A stretch of DNA of 64,000 nt from positions 898 through 64,897 of the forward strand of contig JAUUZQ010000006.1 of assembly GCA_030589895.1 (NCBI GenBank), read 5' to 3'. The notes below the pieces were generated by a model. That model had not been told where the DNA came from, did not search any database, and saw only the letters and a list, made by a program, of their open reading frames with translations. Below are positions 51,145 to 61,157 of the stretch, piece by piece (within the stretch, counting starts at the first letter, position 1; each line of letters starts with the position of its first letter). The position numbers and the translations under genes are program-made. Origin of the DNA: Bacteroidales bacterium. GTDB lineage: Bacteria; Bacteroidota; Bacteroidia; Bacteroidales; GCA-2748055.

Positions 51145-51305
51145 GATTATATTCTATGAATCAATTGTTTACGTCTTCTTAGGAACAAAATAGAAACACA
51201 GATTCTAAGGAAATCAGACAGGAATAATGCTGACAATTATTTCGCAATATTAGAGAATAATAATTAGGAGGGGAGTCCAAAATAGTAACATGTGTACCCA
51301 CTAAA

Positions 51306-52496
51306 TTAGTACATAAAACCAAACAACCATAATGGGATTCTATTGCCAAATCCATGTTCTATATTATCTAAAACTATAAAAGCATTCTCAATTCTTTCAA
51401 TTTGAGATTTATCCTTATTCTTGCCACCAACTTCAATGGTATATTTATCATTTACAATGAAATCAGCTTTTTTGGAGGAAGTTAGACTCTCGGTAAAGCT
51501 AGCCTGGTTGTAAAAAAACGTTTCCCGGATTGTCCCTGTATTACTTTTTTCAGATGCGAATGCAAACATAAGATTTGGATGATGAAGGTATATTTTTTCA
51601 GGTTTTTGTAAAATACTCACACCCTTGCTGTCAGATTGTAAGAGTTGGATAATCTTAGCTCTTTCCAAATAATGCAAATACGTTTTTATAGAATTTCTTG
51701 TAGCACCTATCTTTTCACTTAGCTTTACAATGTTTGGTTTGAAGGGCGTTGAGCTTGAAATAATATACAATAGCTTCTTCATTTTTTCAATGCTATGAAG
51801 TGATATTTCAAATGAATGAGGAATATCAATTTCCATAACTACATTAATAATTTCTTCTATCTTTTTGTGATAGCTTGCTTCATTCTCCAGAAAGAAAGGA
51901 TAATAGCCTATTCGGATATAATCATTGTAGAGTGCAATGGGTTTAATATATTTCCCAATTTCAGTACTTAATTCCTGGTGATCAGATAAAATTTTCTGAA
52001 ATGGGATAGATTCAAATGAATTATCCGTTTTAATATTCACATATTCTCTTAATGAAAACCCCGGCATATCATAAAATACTGCCCTTCTGCTTAAATCTGC
52101 TTTTTTATGATCAATATGAAGAATTGAAGAACCGGTAAAAATTACTTTGAGATATTTATGAGTATCATAAAGATTCTTTATTTCAATTGACCAATTAGAA
52201 TATCGATGTACTTCATCTAAAACTAAATAGGATCCTCCTGTTTTGACAAATTCATCTGCCAGATCAACTAATAAATTGCTTGAAAAATATATATTATCTA
52301 AACTCACATATAGAGTTTGGGAGATAGGAAGATTCTGCTTTATATACTGCAGTAATAAGGTTGTTTTTCCAACACCTCTGGCACCTTTTATACCAATTAA
52401 TCTGTCATTCCAGTCAATAGACTTTGCAAAGTCTCTGATAAAAGAAGTATCAGTTAAGTTGATAATGTTGATTGAATCATTTATAAGTTTTTCCAT
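51306..52496 (-). CDS. AAA_14 ATPase (DUF4143-type)
   Basis: GARGVGKTT Walker A, LDEVH Walker B, TGSS, C-terminal DF..IEVGG; start at MEKL. Confidence 0.9.
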   Translation of the reverse strand: MEKLINDSINIINLTDTSFIRDFAKSIDWNDRLIGIKGARGVGKTTLLLQYIKQNLPISQTLYVSLDNIYFSSNLLVDLADEFVKTGGSYLVLDEVHRYSNWSIEIKNLYDTHKYLKVIFTGSSILHIDHKKADLSRRAVFYDMPGFSLREYVNIKTDNSFESIPFQKILSDHQELSTEIGKYIKPIALYNDYIRIGYYPFFLENEASYHKKIEEIINVVMEIDIPHSFEISLHSIEKMKKLLYIISSSTPFKPNIVKLSEKIGATRNSIKTYLHYLERAKIIQLLQSDSKGVSILQKPEKIYLHHPNLMFAFASEKSNTGTIRETFFYNQASFTESLTSSKKADFIVNDKYTIEVGGKNKDKSQIERIENAFIVLDNIEHGFGNRIPLWLFGFMY

Positions 52497-52581
52497 GTAT
52501 ATTGGCTTTATCAAAAATCAAATATACGATAATTTGGTTTATACAAAGACCATTTTATGAAAATAATGATCTTTTAAGAGA

Positions 52582-53979
52582 TCATTTTCCGATACAGAAA
52601 TTCTTAAATATATTCCCCAATATCTCATCTGTAGTTACCTCACCCGTAATCTCACCGAGATAATGTAGTGTGCCTCGGATATCTTGTGCCAGCAGATCCT
52701 GGGGAATTTGTTCGGTGAGTCCGGATAGAACACGTTCCAGGCTTTCTGAGGCGCTGTTTAAGGCATTAAAGTGGCGAATATTGCTTATGATGACATCCTG
52801 GTGACGAAGGGAGCCTAAGTTGATTTGTTCGAGCAGGAGGGAGACCAGTTTACTGATGCCTGTCTGTTTGTTTGCACTTATCAGAACCGCTTTTTCGGAT
52901 TCTTCCAGTTGAATGGAGGAAAGCATCTCATCGGGGGTGTCGGTTTCGGCCAGGTCAGATTTATTAATAACCAGTAGTAAATGCTGACTGTCCTTTAGCT
53001 GTTTCCTAATGGCAACAAGGGATTTATTAATCAATTCAGCTTCATCTGATGCTTCAACAAGGAGCATTATTATAGATGATTGATCAATCTTCTGGTAAGT
53101 TTTCCTGATTCCCAGGTTTTCAATGGTATCAGCTGTTTCTCTTATACCTGCAGTATCGATAAACCTAAAGGTAATGCCTTCGATAACTACTGTATCTTCA
53201 ATGGCATCTCTGGTGGTTCCTTCTATTTCAGAAACTATGGCTCTTTCTTCATTGAGCAAAGCATTCAGCAGGGTAGATTTTCCCACATTAGGCCTTCCTA
53301 TTATTGCTACCGGTACGCCTGACTTAAGTACATTGCCCAGCTGAAAAGAGTCTTTCAGACTGTCAACGAGCTCTTTCACATCTGTAACCAGCTTTGTAAG
53401 TTCTTTTCTGTCAGCAAACTCCACGTCTTCCTCGCTGAAATCCAGCTCCAGCTCAACCAATGAAATGAAATGCAGGAGCCTGTCGCGCAGTACTTTTATC
53501 TTTTGTGAAAATCCACCTCTCATCTGCTGCATTGCAACGGCATGGGAAGCCTTTGATTCAGAGGCAATCAGATCTGCCACAGCTTCAGCCTGTGAAAGAT
53601 CCATTTTTCCGTTCAGGAATGCCCGTTGTGTAAACTCACCTGGCTTTGCCGATTCAGCACCCTGCTCAATCAGCAACTCCATGATCTTCTGTTGGATATA
53701 AACAGAACCATGACAGGATATTTCGATTGAATCTTCACCAGTGTAGGAGTGAGGAGCCCTGAAGATACTTACCAGAACCTCATCAATGATCTCATCTTCA
53801 TCTACTATATGGCCAAAATGAATTGTATTGGGCAGCTGCTCCGATATAATTTTGCCTTTTTGTGCAGACTTAAATATAGGCTCAACAATAGCAAAGGTAT
53901 TGGGACCACTAACCCTGAGAATAGAGAGTGCTCCGTTTCCGGGTGTTGCAATGGCGCATATCGTGGATTCGAGAATCAT
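52582..53979 (-). CDS. mnmE: tRNA modification GTPase MnmE/TrmE
   Basis: TICAIAT, GRPNVGKS, GTTRD, DTAG, NKSD, C-terminal FCIGK. Confidence 0.98.
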   Translation of the reverse strand: MILESTICAIATPGNGALSILRVSGPNTFAIVEPIFKSAQKGKIISEQLPNTIHFGHIVDEDEIIDEVLVSIFRAPHSYTGEDSIEISCHGSVYIQQKIMELLIEQGAESAKPGEFTQRAFLNGKMDLSQAEAVADLIASESKASHAVAMQQMRGGFSQKIKVLRDRLLHFISLVELELDFSEEDVEFADRKELTKLVTDVKELVDSLKDSFQLGNVLKSGVPVAIIGRPNVGKSTLLNALLNEERAIVSEIEGTTRDAIEDTVVIEGITFRFIDTAGIRETADTIENLGIRKTYQKIDQSSIIMLLVEASDEAELINKSLVAIRKQLKDSQHLLLVINKSDLAETDTPDEMLSSIQLEESEKAVLISANKQTGISKLVSLLLEQINLGSLRHQDVIISNIRHFNALNSASESLERVLSGLTEQIPQDLLAQDIRGTLHYLGEITGEVTTDEILGNIFKNFCIGK

Positions 53980-54111
53980 AGATACAAAGGTAGCTATTAT
54001 GGTCTAATCAGAAAAAAAATGGGTGTTTGCTGAGACGTCGATTTGGTACATCTTACAAACAAACAGAGTTTAAAATAACAGAAGTCTATTATATTTTTGC
54101 CTCAGTAAATT

Positions 54112-55119
54112 TCATTTCTTCAAGCCCTTGGTTTTATTCTCAATTTGATTGATAAAATCCTTTTCAACTGGTGTGATTCTATTCTTTATTCCCTCTTTAT
54201 AAATTTCGTATTCGCTATGGGCTTTTTCAAGTGCTTTTTGATGACTGGTAGTTCCTGAATGTTGAAGAATATTTTTATTAGTTATTTTTAAGAAAGTATC
54301 TAACTGTTTAATCCAATCAACCATATACATTGGTGTACGGTCTAATGCCTGGATTTCTGCAATTTCCAAAAATGCAGTTACCATTCTATTTAATAAATCC
54401 AACTCATCTTCTGCAAGATAATTTTTAGCAATTTCAACTTCTTTTTTTGTGGGGATTTCTCCCTTAAAATTTGTTAATCCAATATGTTCTTTTGACGAAT
54501 CTACTCTTTTATAAACAGTCTCGGCTGCTGTTTCTCCATGAGTTGCCCAGTGCATTTTGTTTTGTATAGTTTTAAATACCATTACAGATTGTTCTGTTTT
54601 GGGATCATAGTCTATACTTGTGGCATAAATATCAAGAACTTTACGCCAAAATACTTTTTCTGATGAACGAATATCACGGATACGAGCTAAAAGCTCATCA
54701 AAGTAGTTTCCACCTCCTACCTCTTTTAGTAATTCATCGTTCATTGCAAAACCTTTAATCAAATATTCTTTGATAAGAGCGGTTGCCCATATTCTAAAAT
54801 GCACACCTCTGTGAGATTTCACTCTGTATCCAACCGAAATAACCACATCAAGACTGTAATATTTTACATTTTTTGATTGTGTTAGTCCTTTTACGGCACC
54901 GTGTTGAGTGGTTGTTCGGAAATCCCGAACAACCAGTTCTTCTTCCAGTTCACCATCTATAAATATATTTTTAATATGTTCGCTAATAGATGCTTTAGAC
55001 CTTTGAAAAAGCTTTCCAATTTGGGCCTGATTTAGCCATGCAGTCTCATTTTCAAAATGGGTTTCTATTTTGACTTTTCCATCTTCAGTTTGATATATTA
55101 TGAGTTGGTTATTATTCAT
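54112..55119 (-). CDS. rhuM: RhuM family protein
   Basis: YSLDVVISVGYRVKS, KEYLIKGFAMNDE, RIRDIRSSE. Confidence 0.9.
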   Translation of the reverse strand: MNNNQLIIYQTEDGKVKIETHFENETAWLNQAQIGKLFQRSKASISEHIKNIFIDGELEEELVVRDFRTTTQHGAVKGLTQSKNVKYYSLDVVISVGYRVKSHRGVHFRIWATALIKEYLIKGFAMNDELLKEVGGGNYFDELLARIRDIRSSEKVFWRKVLDIYATSIDYDPKTEQSVMVFKTIQNKMHWATHGETAAETVYKRVDSSKEHIGLTNFKGEIPTKKEVEIAKNYLAEDELDLLNRMVTAFLEIAEIQALDRTPMYMVDWIKQLDTFLKITNKNILQHSGTTSHQKALEKAHSEYEIYKEGIKNRITPVEKDFINQIENKTKGLKK

Positions 55120-55203
55120 TTTATCGAAGCTATATTTATTTTAGTGTCCTCTATTTAAAATTACCAGATAAGGGGATGCTTGCATTTTATTTACCCATCA
55201 CAG

Positions 55204-55272
55204 CCCCCGTTTCCATGAGTCGCTATGGCATAAATGGTTAAATCGAGGATCATGGATGTAAAGGTAGCTATT
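55204..55272 (-). pseudogene. Degenerate copy of the mnmE 5' end and its promoter
   Basis: ATG at 55253 reads MILDLTIYAIATHGNGG versus MnmE MILESTICAIATPGNGA; upstream AAAGGTAGCTATT shared with 53986-53998. Confidence 0.85.
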
Positions 55273-55323
55273 CAAGGCAAAAGGCAAACTTTTTGTATAT
55301 TTAAATCCTAATCCAGCAATCTT

Positions 55324-55728
55324 ATGAAACGAAGAACATTTTTAAGAAATAGCGGTGCTGCCGCAATAATCGGAACAAGTATGATAGCACAGGGATGTAC
55401 TGATGGTAATAGCGGACTCTTGGGGGAAACACAGATACAGCATGGTGTAATATTCTCGCTTAAACATGAGAGTGGAAGTGGAGAGGCTGGTAAATTCCTT
55501 GCGGATGGACGAAAGACGCTTACTGAGATCCCTGTAGTTAAGAATTTTCAGGTTTTTTCCCAGGTAAGTGCGAAAAATGAGTACGACTATGGATTTACCA
55601 TGATATTCGATAGTATGGAAGATTATCAGATATACAACAATCATCCAAATCATGTTGCCTTCGTTGAAGACCGCTGGATGAAGGAGGTGGAGAAGTTTTT
55701 AGAGATTGATTTTAAAGTATACTCGTAG
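55324..55728 (+). CDS. Dabb (stress-responsive A/B barrel) protein with Tat-like signal
   Basis: MKRRTFL; HGVIFSLK; YNNHPNHVAFV...EIDF. Confidence 0.85.
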   Translation: MKRRTFLRNSGAAAIIGTSMIAQGCTDGNSGLLGETQIQHGVIFSLKHESGSGEAGKFLADGRKTLTEIPVVKNFQVFSQVSAKNEYDYGFTMIFDSMEDYQIYNNHPNHVAFVEDRWMKEVEKFLEIDFKVYS

Positions 55729-55843
55729 AAGTTGAGTTATTGATTTTTTCAAAACTTTGAAAGTATTATGCAGATCATTTATTTATAATTTGCCCTCTCA
55801 ATTGAATTTCAATCATAGAGAATCTAAAATTACAAATACTAAT

Positions 55844-56344
55844 CTATTTAATCTCCTTATTCTTCCGTAAATAATTGATTTTAACATCGAAACCAAGCAA
55901 TGGACTGTTCAGTTCAAATGAGCATTCATCACATTTCGGGGCTTTGATCTTTCGAAAAGAGGGATTGTTTGACATGCCCCATCCTTCCCTGGGGAGTCCC
56001 ATGAAATACTTCATTTCTTCGTTCTTATCTTCATCATCGAGTACCGTTATGGCGTAGGTGCCATAGGGAAGATCAGGGATTTCAACAGTCATGGAACCGT
56101 TTACAAGTGTCTCTTTTGACCATGAATAGCTTCGGCGGGGCTCGTTTATCCACTGACCTTCATGATCATATACGCCTGCAACAATGTTACCTGCCGTGCT
56201 TCTGATATCTGTAAAGGTAATCTTTAGTGTACCTTTGATGCTATCCTGAGCGTGAAGTGACAGGTTAAGTAACAGTAGAAAAGATATAAAGAACAAGTAC
56301 TTATACTTTCTACCTTTCAAGATATGATACTGTGAAATAGTCAT
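55844..56344 (-). CDS. DUF2141 family protein
   Basis: LPYGTYAITVLDDED, GLPREGWGMSNN; true start may be slightly downstream. Confidence 0.85.
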   Translation of the reverse strand: MTISQYHILKGRKYKYLFFISFLLLLNLSLHAQDSIKGTLKITFTDIRSTAGNIVAGVYDHEGQWINEPRRSYSWSKETLVNGSMTVEIPDLPYGTYAITVLDDEDKNEEMKYFMGLPREGWGMSNNPSFRKIKAPKCDECSFELNSPLLGFDVKINYLRKNKEIK

Positions 56345-57086
56345 TGTTGGAATCCGTAATTTGAATTTTATTCATCTTCATGGATGAGCTTCTGCCATTG
56401 CTATGGTTCTCGGCAAGCATGTCAGTAATCATATACTTAAGATTGATCTCATCCAATAGCTTATATCCCAGTGTTTTTATTGTCTTAAAATGATCTCCGT
56501 CAAAGTCAAAGTACTCCGTTCTTCTTACAATAAAATCATTCTTACCTATCCATGATATTGCTTTGCCAAAGCCATATTCATCTTCCTTGTCCATATTGAC
56601 TGGTGTTGACGTAATCATCCAGCAATCCTGATTATCAATTGTTTCACTACCTGAAATTACATAAGTAAAATCCTCCATTGTTGGTATAGTCATGTCGGCA
56701 TTTGAGAACTCGGATCCCATGAACCCTTTGCTCTTTTCACTGCTCACGATGCGCCTGGTTTTTCGCATGGCAGGGAGATAAACCCACATATCATCCGATT
56801 TATCTTCGTAGTCGAATATCAGTATCCCGGTTCCCCTGACTTCAGCAGGAGAAATGAACTTTATGATTCTCTTCTCGGTATTGTCAGCAAAGGTCTTCGA
56901 TGCCATTGTATTCTCCCTCACTCGCTTGTTTCCTTTTCCATCGTATATGGTGAGTGTGGAAACTGCTTCAAAGGAACTTACCTTTACAGCATCATGGCTT
57001 TTTTGAATGATGTCCTTTACATCCTGGCTATATCCTGGAAGGATAAGCAGCATCAGTAACAGATTGATAATCAGTATCTTTTTCAT
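56310..57086 (-). CDS. LolA-like outer membrane lipoprotein-sorting protein
   Basis: FISPAEVRGTGIL, DDMWVYLPAMRKTRRI, FMGSEFSNAD. Confidence 0.9.
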   Translation of the reverse strand: MKKILIINLLLMLLILPGYSQDVKDIIQKSHDAVKVSSFEAVSTLTIYDGKGNKRVRENTMASKTFADNTEKRIIKFISPAEVRGTGILIFDYEDKSDDMWVYLPAMRKTRRIVSSEKSKGFMGSEFSNADMTIPTMEDFTYVISGSETIDNQDCWMITSTPVNMDKEDEYGFGKAISWIGKNDFIVRRTEYFDFDGDHFKTIKTLGYKLLDEINLKYMITDMLAENHSNGRSSSMKMNKIQITDSNNDYFTVSYLER

Positions 57087-57112
57087 ATTTTTATTTTTAT
57101 ATTAATTCACAT

Positions 57113-59413
57113 CTATATAGCCACCTTTAGTTCCTCACCTTCCTCGCTATCCACCTTTTTAGTCGTGGGTTCAAGGAATTTATATCTTTTGTTAAGTACA
57201 AGTGCAGGTAAGATCACTAAAGCGCCTATCAGACAGCCTAATATACTAACCACAACAAGTACTCCAAAGAACCTTATGGGAGTGAATGAGGAGAAAAGCA
57301 GCACTACAAAACCTACAATAACCGACATGGCATTAAACAGAATTCCTCTTCCCGTAGTGGAAATGGTTGTAAGAACAGCTTCCCTGGGTGGCCGGTGTTG
57401 TTGTCGTTCTTCCCGGTACCGCCAAAGGAAATGTATGGTGTAATCCACGCCAACGCCTATCATAATTGAGGAGAGCAGTGCTGTTGCTACATCAAGCTTT
57501 ACACCTGTTAATCCCATTATTCCAAAGAGAAGTAATATCGACATCAGCAATGGTATACTGCTGATTAAACCGGCAGTAATAGATTTAAAGATGATCGAAA
57601 GTAGTATGAAAATGATAATCAGTGCTATAGAGAGAGAAAAGAACTGTCCCCGTACCACTTTATTGGCAAGTTGAGACCTGACATACCCATATCCGCCAAT
57701 GGCAGCAACCGATGGATCATCTTTTGTCAACTCTTTTATATCCCTTATGATGCCATTGATTGCAGTATTACTGACACTTTTAATCCTGATGATCATAAGG
57801 GATGTCTCATAATTGAAATCAACAAGCTGATCCAGGTTTTCAGGATCTCCGTTCATATTGTATAATTCTATATACTGTGCAACTGCCTCACGTGTTGGAG
57901 GGATCTTATCATAGTACTCAGAGCCAGGATCATTCAGAGCCTTGCTTATCTGCTTGATGACATCAGGAAAGGTCATCACAAGATCAACATCGGCTTGTTT
58001 CTTCAATTCATCTTTATAGTAATCTATCTGTTGTAGCATTTCAGGATCGAGCATATCACCGCTAAACATAATGGAGAGGCTTTCAGAGCCACCGTAGTGT
58101 GCATTGATAAGTTTAGAGGCTTGTTTAACTGCATGTTTTTCAGGAAAGAAATTCTCTTCATTGGAATCAACTTTCAGAAAAGCAATACCTCCTGATATAA
58201 GCAGTGTAATGATTAATGCGACGTAGGGTATTCTCTTGTGATGCGCGATGATGAAGAATGACAGCCGAATAAGAAAGCTTTTTCGCTTGCTCTTTATGGT
58301 ACTTTTCCTTGTCTTTGCAGGTTTTGAACGTGACATAAGGGAGAGCATTCCCGGAAGCAGGACAACGCTGTATAGCAATGCAAAAAGTATTCCTACACTT
58401 GCAATTACTGCCATCTGCCGGGCTGGTATCATCGTATGTGCAAGCAGGGCTGCAAGTCCGGCAATTGTGGTGATTCCTGTAAGGAGTATGGGTTTCCATA
58501 GTTTATTAATAATCTCCAGGGCAATTTCCTTCATGGAGAGATGTGGCGATCTTGCAGCAATTTCCTGGTATTTAGCGATGACATGTATCCCATAATCATT
58601 GGCAACTGCTATGAGCATAATCGGAACAAGCAGTGTGATTATATAAAACTTCCATCCGATAATGGGCAGAAGAGCGAGTGCTATGACCGAAGACATGATC
58701 ACTACAAGAAAGGGCAATACTACTCCACGCCACTCTCTGAATACAAAAAACAGGAACCCAATCATTAACAGCAATGCTATGGGAACCAGAATCAATCCAT
58801 CGCGCTGTACATCCTTTCCAATAGCTTGACGTAAATAGGGCAATCCGCCAAAGTGGATTTTTTCAGTTCCGGGGAACTCTGTCAGAATTTGATTTATGGC
58901 AGCAAAAACTGAATCTTCATTGGTAGTTTTTTCCAGGGTAGCAATGATAGCAGTGGAGCGGTAATCATCTGCTACCACTATATTTTTAACCATATCATTA
59001 CTATCAATGATTTTTTTTATTTCATTGATCTCTTCTTCAGAATCAGGAATTCTTTTGATAGTTGCTTCAACATACATCGCACCATCTTTTCCGTATATCC
59101 TGTTGGCACCAAACAGGGAAGTGGTTTTCTGTATCCCTTTAACCCGCTGAAGTTTTCTGTCTATCTGCTTTACTCTTGTCAGACTCTCCTTGTTTATTAT
59201 ATCATCTTTTTCAAACAGGAGCATTATAATATCCTGATTTCCAAATACATCTTCAATTTTATCGGTGTTCACCATTGATTCCATCGAATCGGGAAAATAG
59301 TTTTTAAGGTCGGGATCGATTTTTATTCCCGAAAGCATTCCCGATAGTGCTACAGTAATAACAATTGAGGCTGTGATGATCCACCAGCGATATTTGATTA
59401 TTTTCTTCTCCAT
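57113..59413 (-). CDS. MMPL/RND family transporter
   Basis: Two repeated halves: AVANDYGIH and GVGVDYTIH; about 12 TM helices. Confidence 0.92.
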   Translation of the reverse strand: MEKKIIKYRWWIITASIVITVALSGMLSGIKIDPDLKNYFPDSMESMVNTDKIEDVFGNQDIIMLLFEKDDIINKESLTRVKQIDRKLQRVKGIQKTTSLFGANRIYGKDGAMYVEATIKRIPDSEEEINEIKKIIDSNDMVKNIVVADDYRSTAIIATLEKTTNEDSVFAAINQILTEFPGTEKIHFGGLPYLRQAIGKDVQRDGLILVPIALLLMIGFLFFVFREWRGVVLPFLVVIMSSVIALALLPIIGWKFYIITLLVPIMLIAVANDYGIHVIAKYQEIAARSPHLSMKEIALEIINKLWKPILLTGITTIAGLAALLAHTMIPARQMAVIASVGILFALLYSVVLLPGMLSLMSRSKPAKTRKSTIKSKRKSFLIRLSFFIIAHHKRIPYVALIITLLISGGIAFLKVDSNEENFFPEKHAVKQASKLINAHYGGSESLSIMFSGDMLDPEMLQQIDYYKDELKKQADVDLVMTFPDVIKQISKALNDPGSEYYDKIPPTREAVAQYIELYNMNGDPENLDQLVDFNYETSLMIIRIKSVSNTAINGIIRDIKELTKDDPSVAAIGGYGYVRSQLANKVVRGQFFSLSIALIIIFILLSIIFKSITAGLISSIPLLMSILLLFGIMGLTGVKLDVATALLSSIMIGVGVDYTIHFLWRYREERQQHRPPREAVLTTISTTGRGILFNAMSVIVGFVVLLFSSFTPIRFFGVLVVVSILGCLIGALVILPALVLNKRYKFLEPTTKKVDSEEGEELKVAI

Positions 59414-59519
59414 CTGTTTTTATAATTCTTATGATTAACCCAGGTTACCCGGGCTTAGTAAATTACTGTCATTTAGAGATATAGACCATCCATAACATGG
59501 CGACAATAATTAGTCATTT

Positions 59520-60917
59520 TTAAAAAAGTAACTTAAATGTCATGTATCCGGCATTTATCACCGGTCCAACAAGGTCATACAAACTATTCTCTTCTCCTTT
59601 CATAAATAAGATCCCTGCATTGATCAGCAATCCATCGCTTACGCTATATTCTATCGAGGGACGAAGCATTAGTTCTTTTGTGGTAAAATTGTACATGCCG
59701 GGAATTTCCAGTTTTACCAGGTCATTCAAGAGTTGAACAGAGACCGATGCATAGACATTGTGGTAGTATTCATGAAGCTGGTAATCATATAGCTGATTGA
59801 AGGCGTCAATTTGTGAAGCAATAGCTCCATTAATGAGTTCTTCAGTAATAGGAACATCCGGAGGAAATAGGGTAGAGGGGTCAGGAAATGATCCTGTCAT
59901 ACCTGTCGGTTCTGCTACCGGGGCTTCGAATGACAGAATATACTTTCCATAGTACCCGGCAATAACTGTCACATTGGCACCGGATTGTTCTATTTCAGCT
60001 GTATAGCTGAGTTCTGAAAAGGGGAGATAGATATTATCTTCGACTTCATCTACCGGATCCATCCATGCGAACTCGGTCCTGAAAATATAGCTTCCAAAAG
60101 GTATTGATAAGTTGAGTCCGGCTGAATTTATACGATAAGGCTCCTGGTAAAGTTTTATCTCTTCAGGAGCAAAAGTAGTCATATTAAAGGAGGCTGATTC
60201 AAACGAAAATCTCGGATTGTTCCTGTAACCATTAAAAAATGAAAGCGAGCCATCAAGCAGTGAGGATCGCAAATCATAAAGAAAACCGTAGCTGCTGTTT
60301 CTGATCTCCCGTGCAGGCCATGCTGACTCTGAGAATGTAATATAGTCTGGAAAGGTAAATGGATCTGTCAATAATATAGAAGGTTCATAAACTGGTATCC
60401 ATAAGATTTGAAGCGATGAATTACCTGCTATTGAGAGTTTTGTATTGACTGACCAGGAGCCGATCTTCATATCGTCGGGGTCGGGCGAACGGACAATGGG
60501 ATTTATAGGTGAAAACTGGTCTGAGGGATTCAGGAAACTAGTGGATCCCCAACTGACGATCTGTTTTCCAATCCGGAATGAAGCCGGACCTGCAAAAAGA
60601 TCTATATATGCCTCACGCAGATCGATCTCTGAAATATCTTCATTGAATTCGCTTCCATATCTGAATCGGATATCAGCAAATGCCCCCCCTGATTGGCCCA
60701 CTTTGCTATCGAGGATTAATCCAAATTGTCCGTATATACTCTGAAGACAGGGTATCTCTTTGTCCTCTGAATTGCCAATATAAATGGCGCTTCTTACAAA
60801 TCCACTCAGTACACTGTTATCAGTTTTATTTTCCTCTTCAAATGCATTTTCAAATAGACCCTGTCCATTGACAGATATTGTTCCCAGGAGAGTAATAATT
60901 GCTATAAGTTTATACAC
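59520..60917 (-). CDS. Outer-membrane beta-barrel (DUF1302-like)
   Basis: LREAYIDL..RIGKQIVSWG; C-terminal aromatic beta-strand ending in F; GTG start. Confidence 0.75.
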   Translation of the reverse strand: MYKLIAIITLLGTISVNGQGLFENAFEEENKTDNSVLSGFVRSAIYIGNSEDKEIPCLQSIYGQFGLILDSKVGQSGGAFADIRFRYGSEFNEDISEIDLREAYIDLFAGPASFRIGKQIVSWGSTSFLNPSDQFSPINPIVRSPDPDDMKIGSWSVNTKLSIAGNSSLQILWIPVYEPSILLTDPFTFPDYITFSESAWPAREIRNSSYGFLYDLRSSLLDGSLSFFNGYRNNPRFSFESASFNMTTFAPEEIKLYQEPYRINSAGLNLSIPFGSYIFRTEFAWMDPVDEVEDNIYLPFSELSYTAEIEQSGANVTVIAGYYGKYILSFEAPVAEPTGMTGSFPDPSTLFPPDVPITEELINGAIASQIDAFNQLYDYQLHEYYHNVYASVSVQLLNDLVKLEIPGMYNFTTKELMLRPSIEYSVSDGLLINAGILFMKGEENSLYDLVGPVINAGYMTFKLLF

Positions 60918-60966
60918 AGTTTTTTTTTATTTTAATGTAAAACTAATTATGAAAAACGCGGGAATC

Positions 60967-61024
60967 GTCCGGGCTAAGCGGTGTGCACTACAAAATCCTG
61001 AAGGAAATGTCCGGACTTAGCGGT
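60967..61024. promoter_or_regulatory. 16-bp direct repeat, putative transcription-factor site
   Basis: GTCCGGGCTAAGCGGT (60967) and GTCCGGACTTAGCGGT (61009). Confidence 0.55.
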
Positions 61025-61157
61025 CAGGACGGATAAATATTTCTATTTTTATGCTTTAGAATCTTAAGAGGGGAAAACGAGATAGCGCTCAGTTGTAGCG
61101 GAACCGAGGGCATGGGGCTTGCGAAACGCTAATTATAAACTTAAATCATTATAATTC

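Noticed and set aside
54031-54058. TGTAAG...CGTC on the minus strand upstream of mnmE as a second ECF promoter
   Set aside because: The spacer is 14 nt rather than 16, and a housekeeping -7 element already explains mnmE expression.
61081-61132. tRNA-like 'TAGCGCTCAGTTG' segment with TAGCG/CGCTA ends upstream of ALDH
   Set aside because: No T-arm GTTCRA and no complete cloverleaf; I could not match it to a riboswitch consensus.
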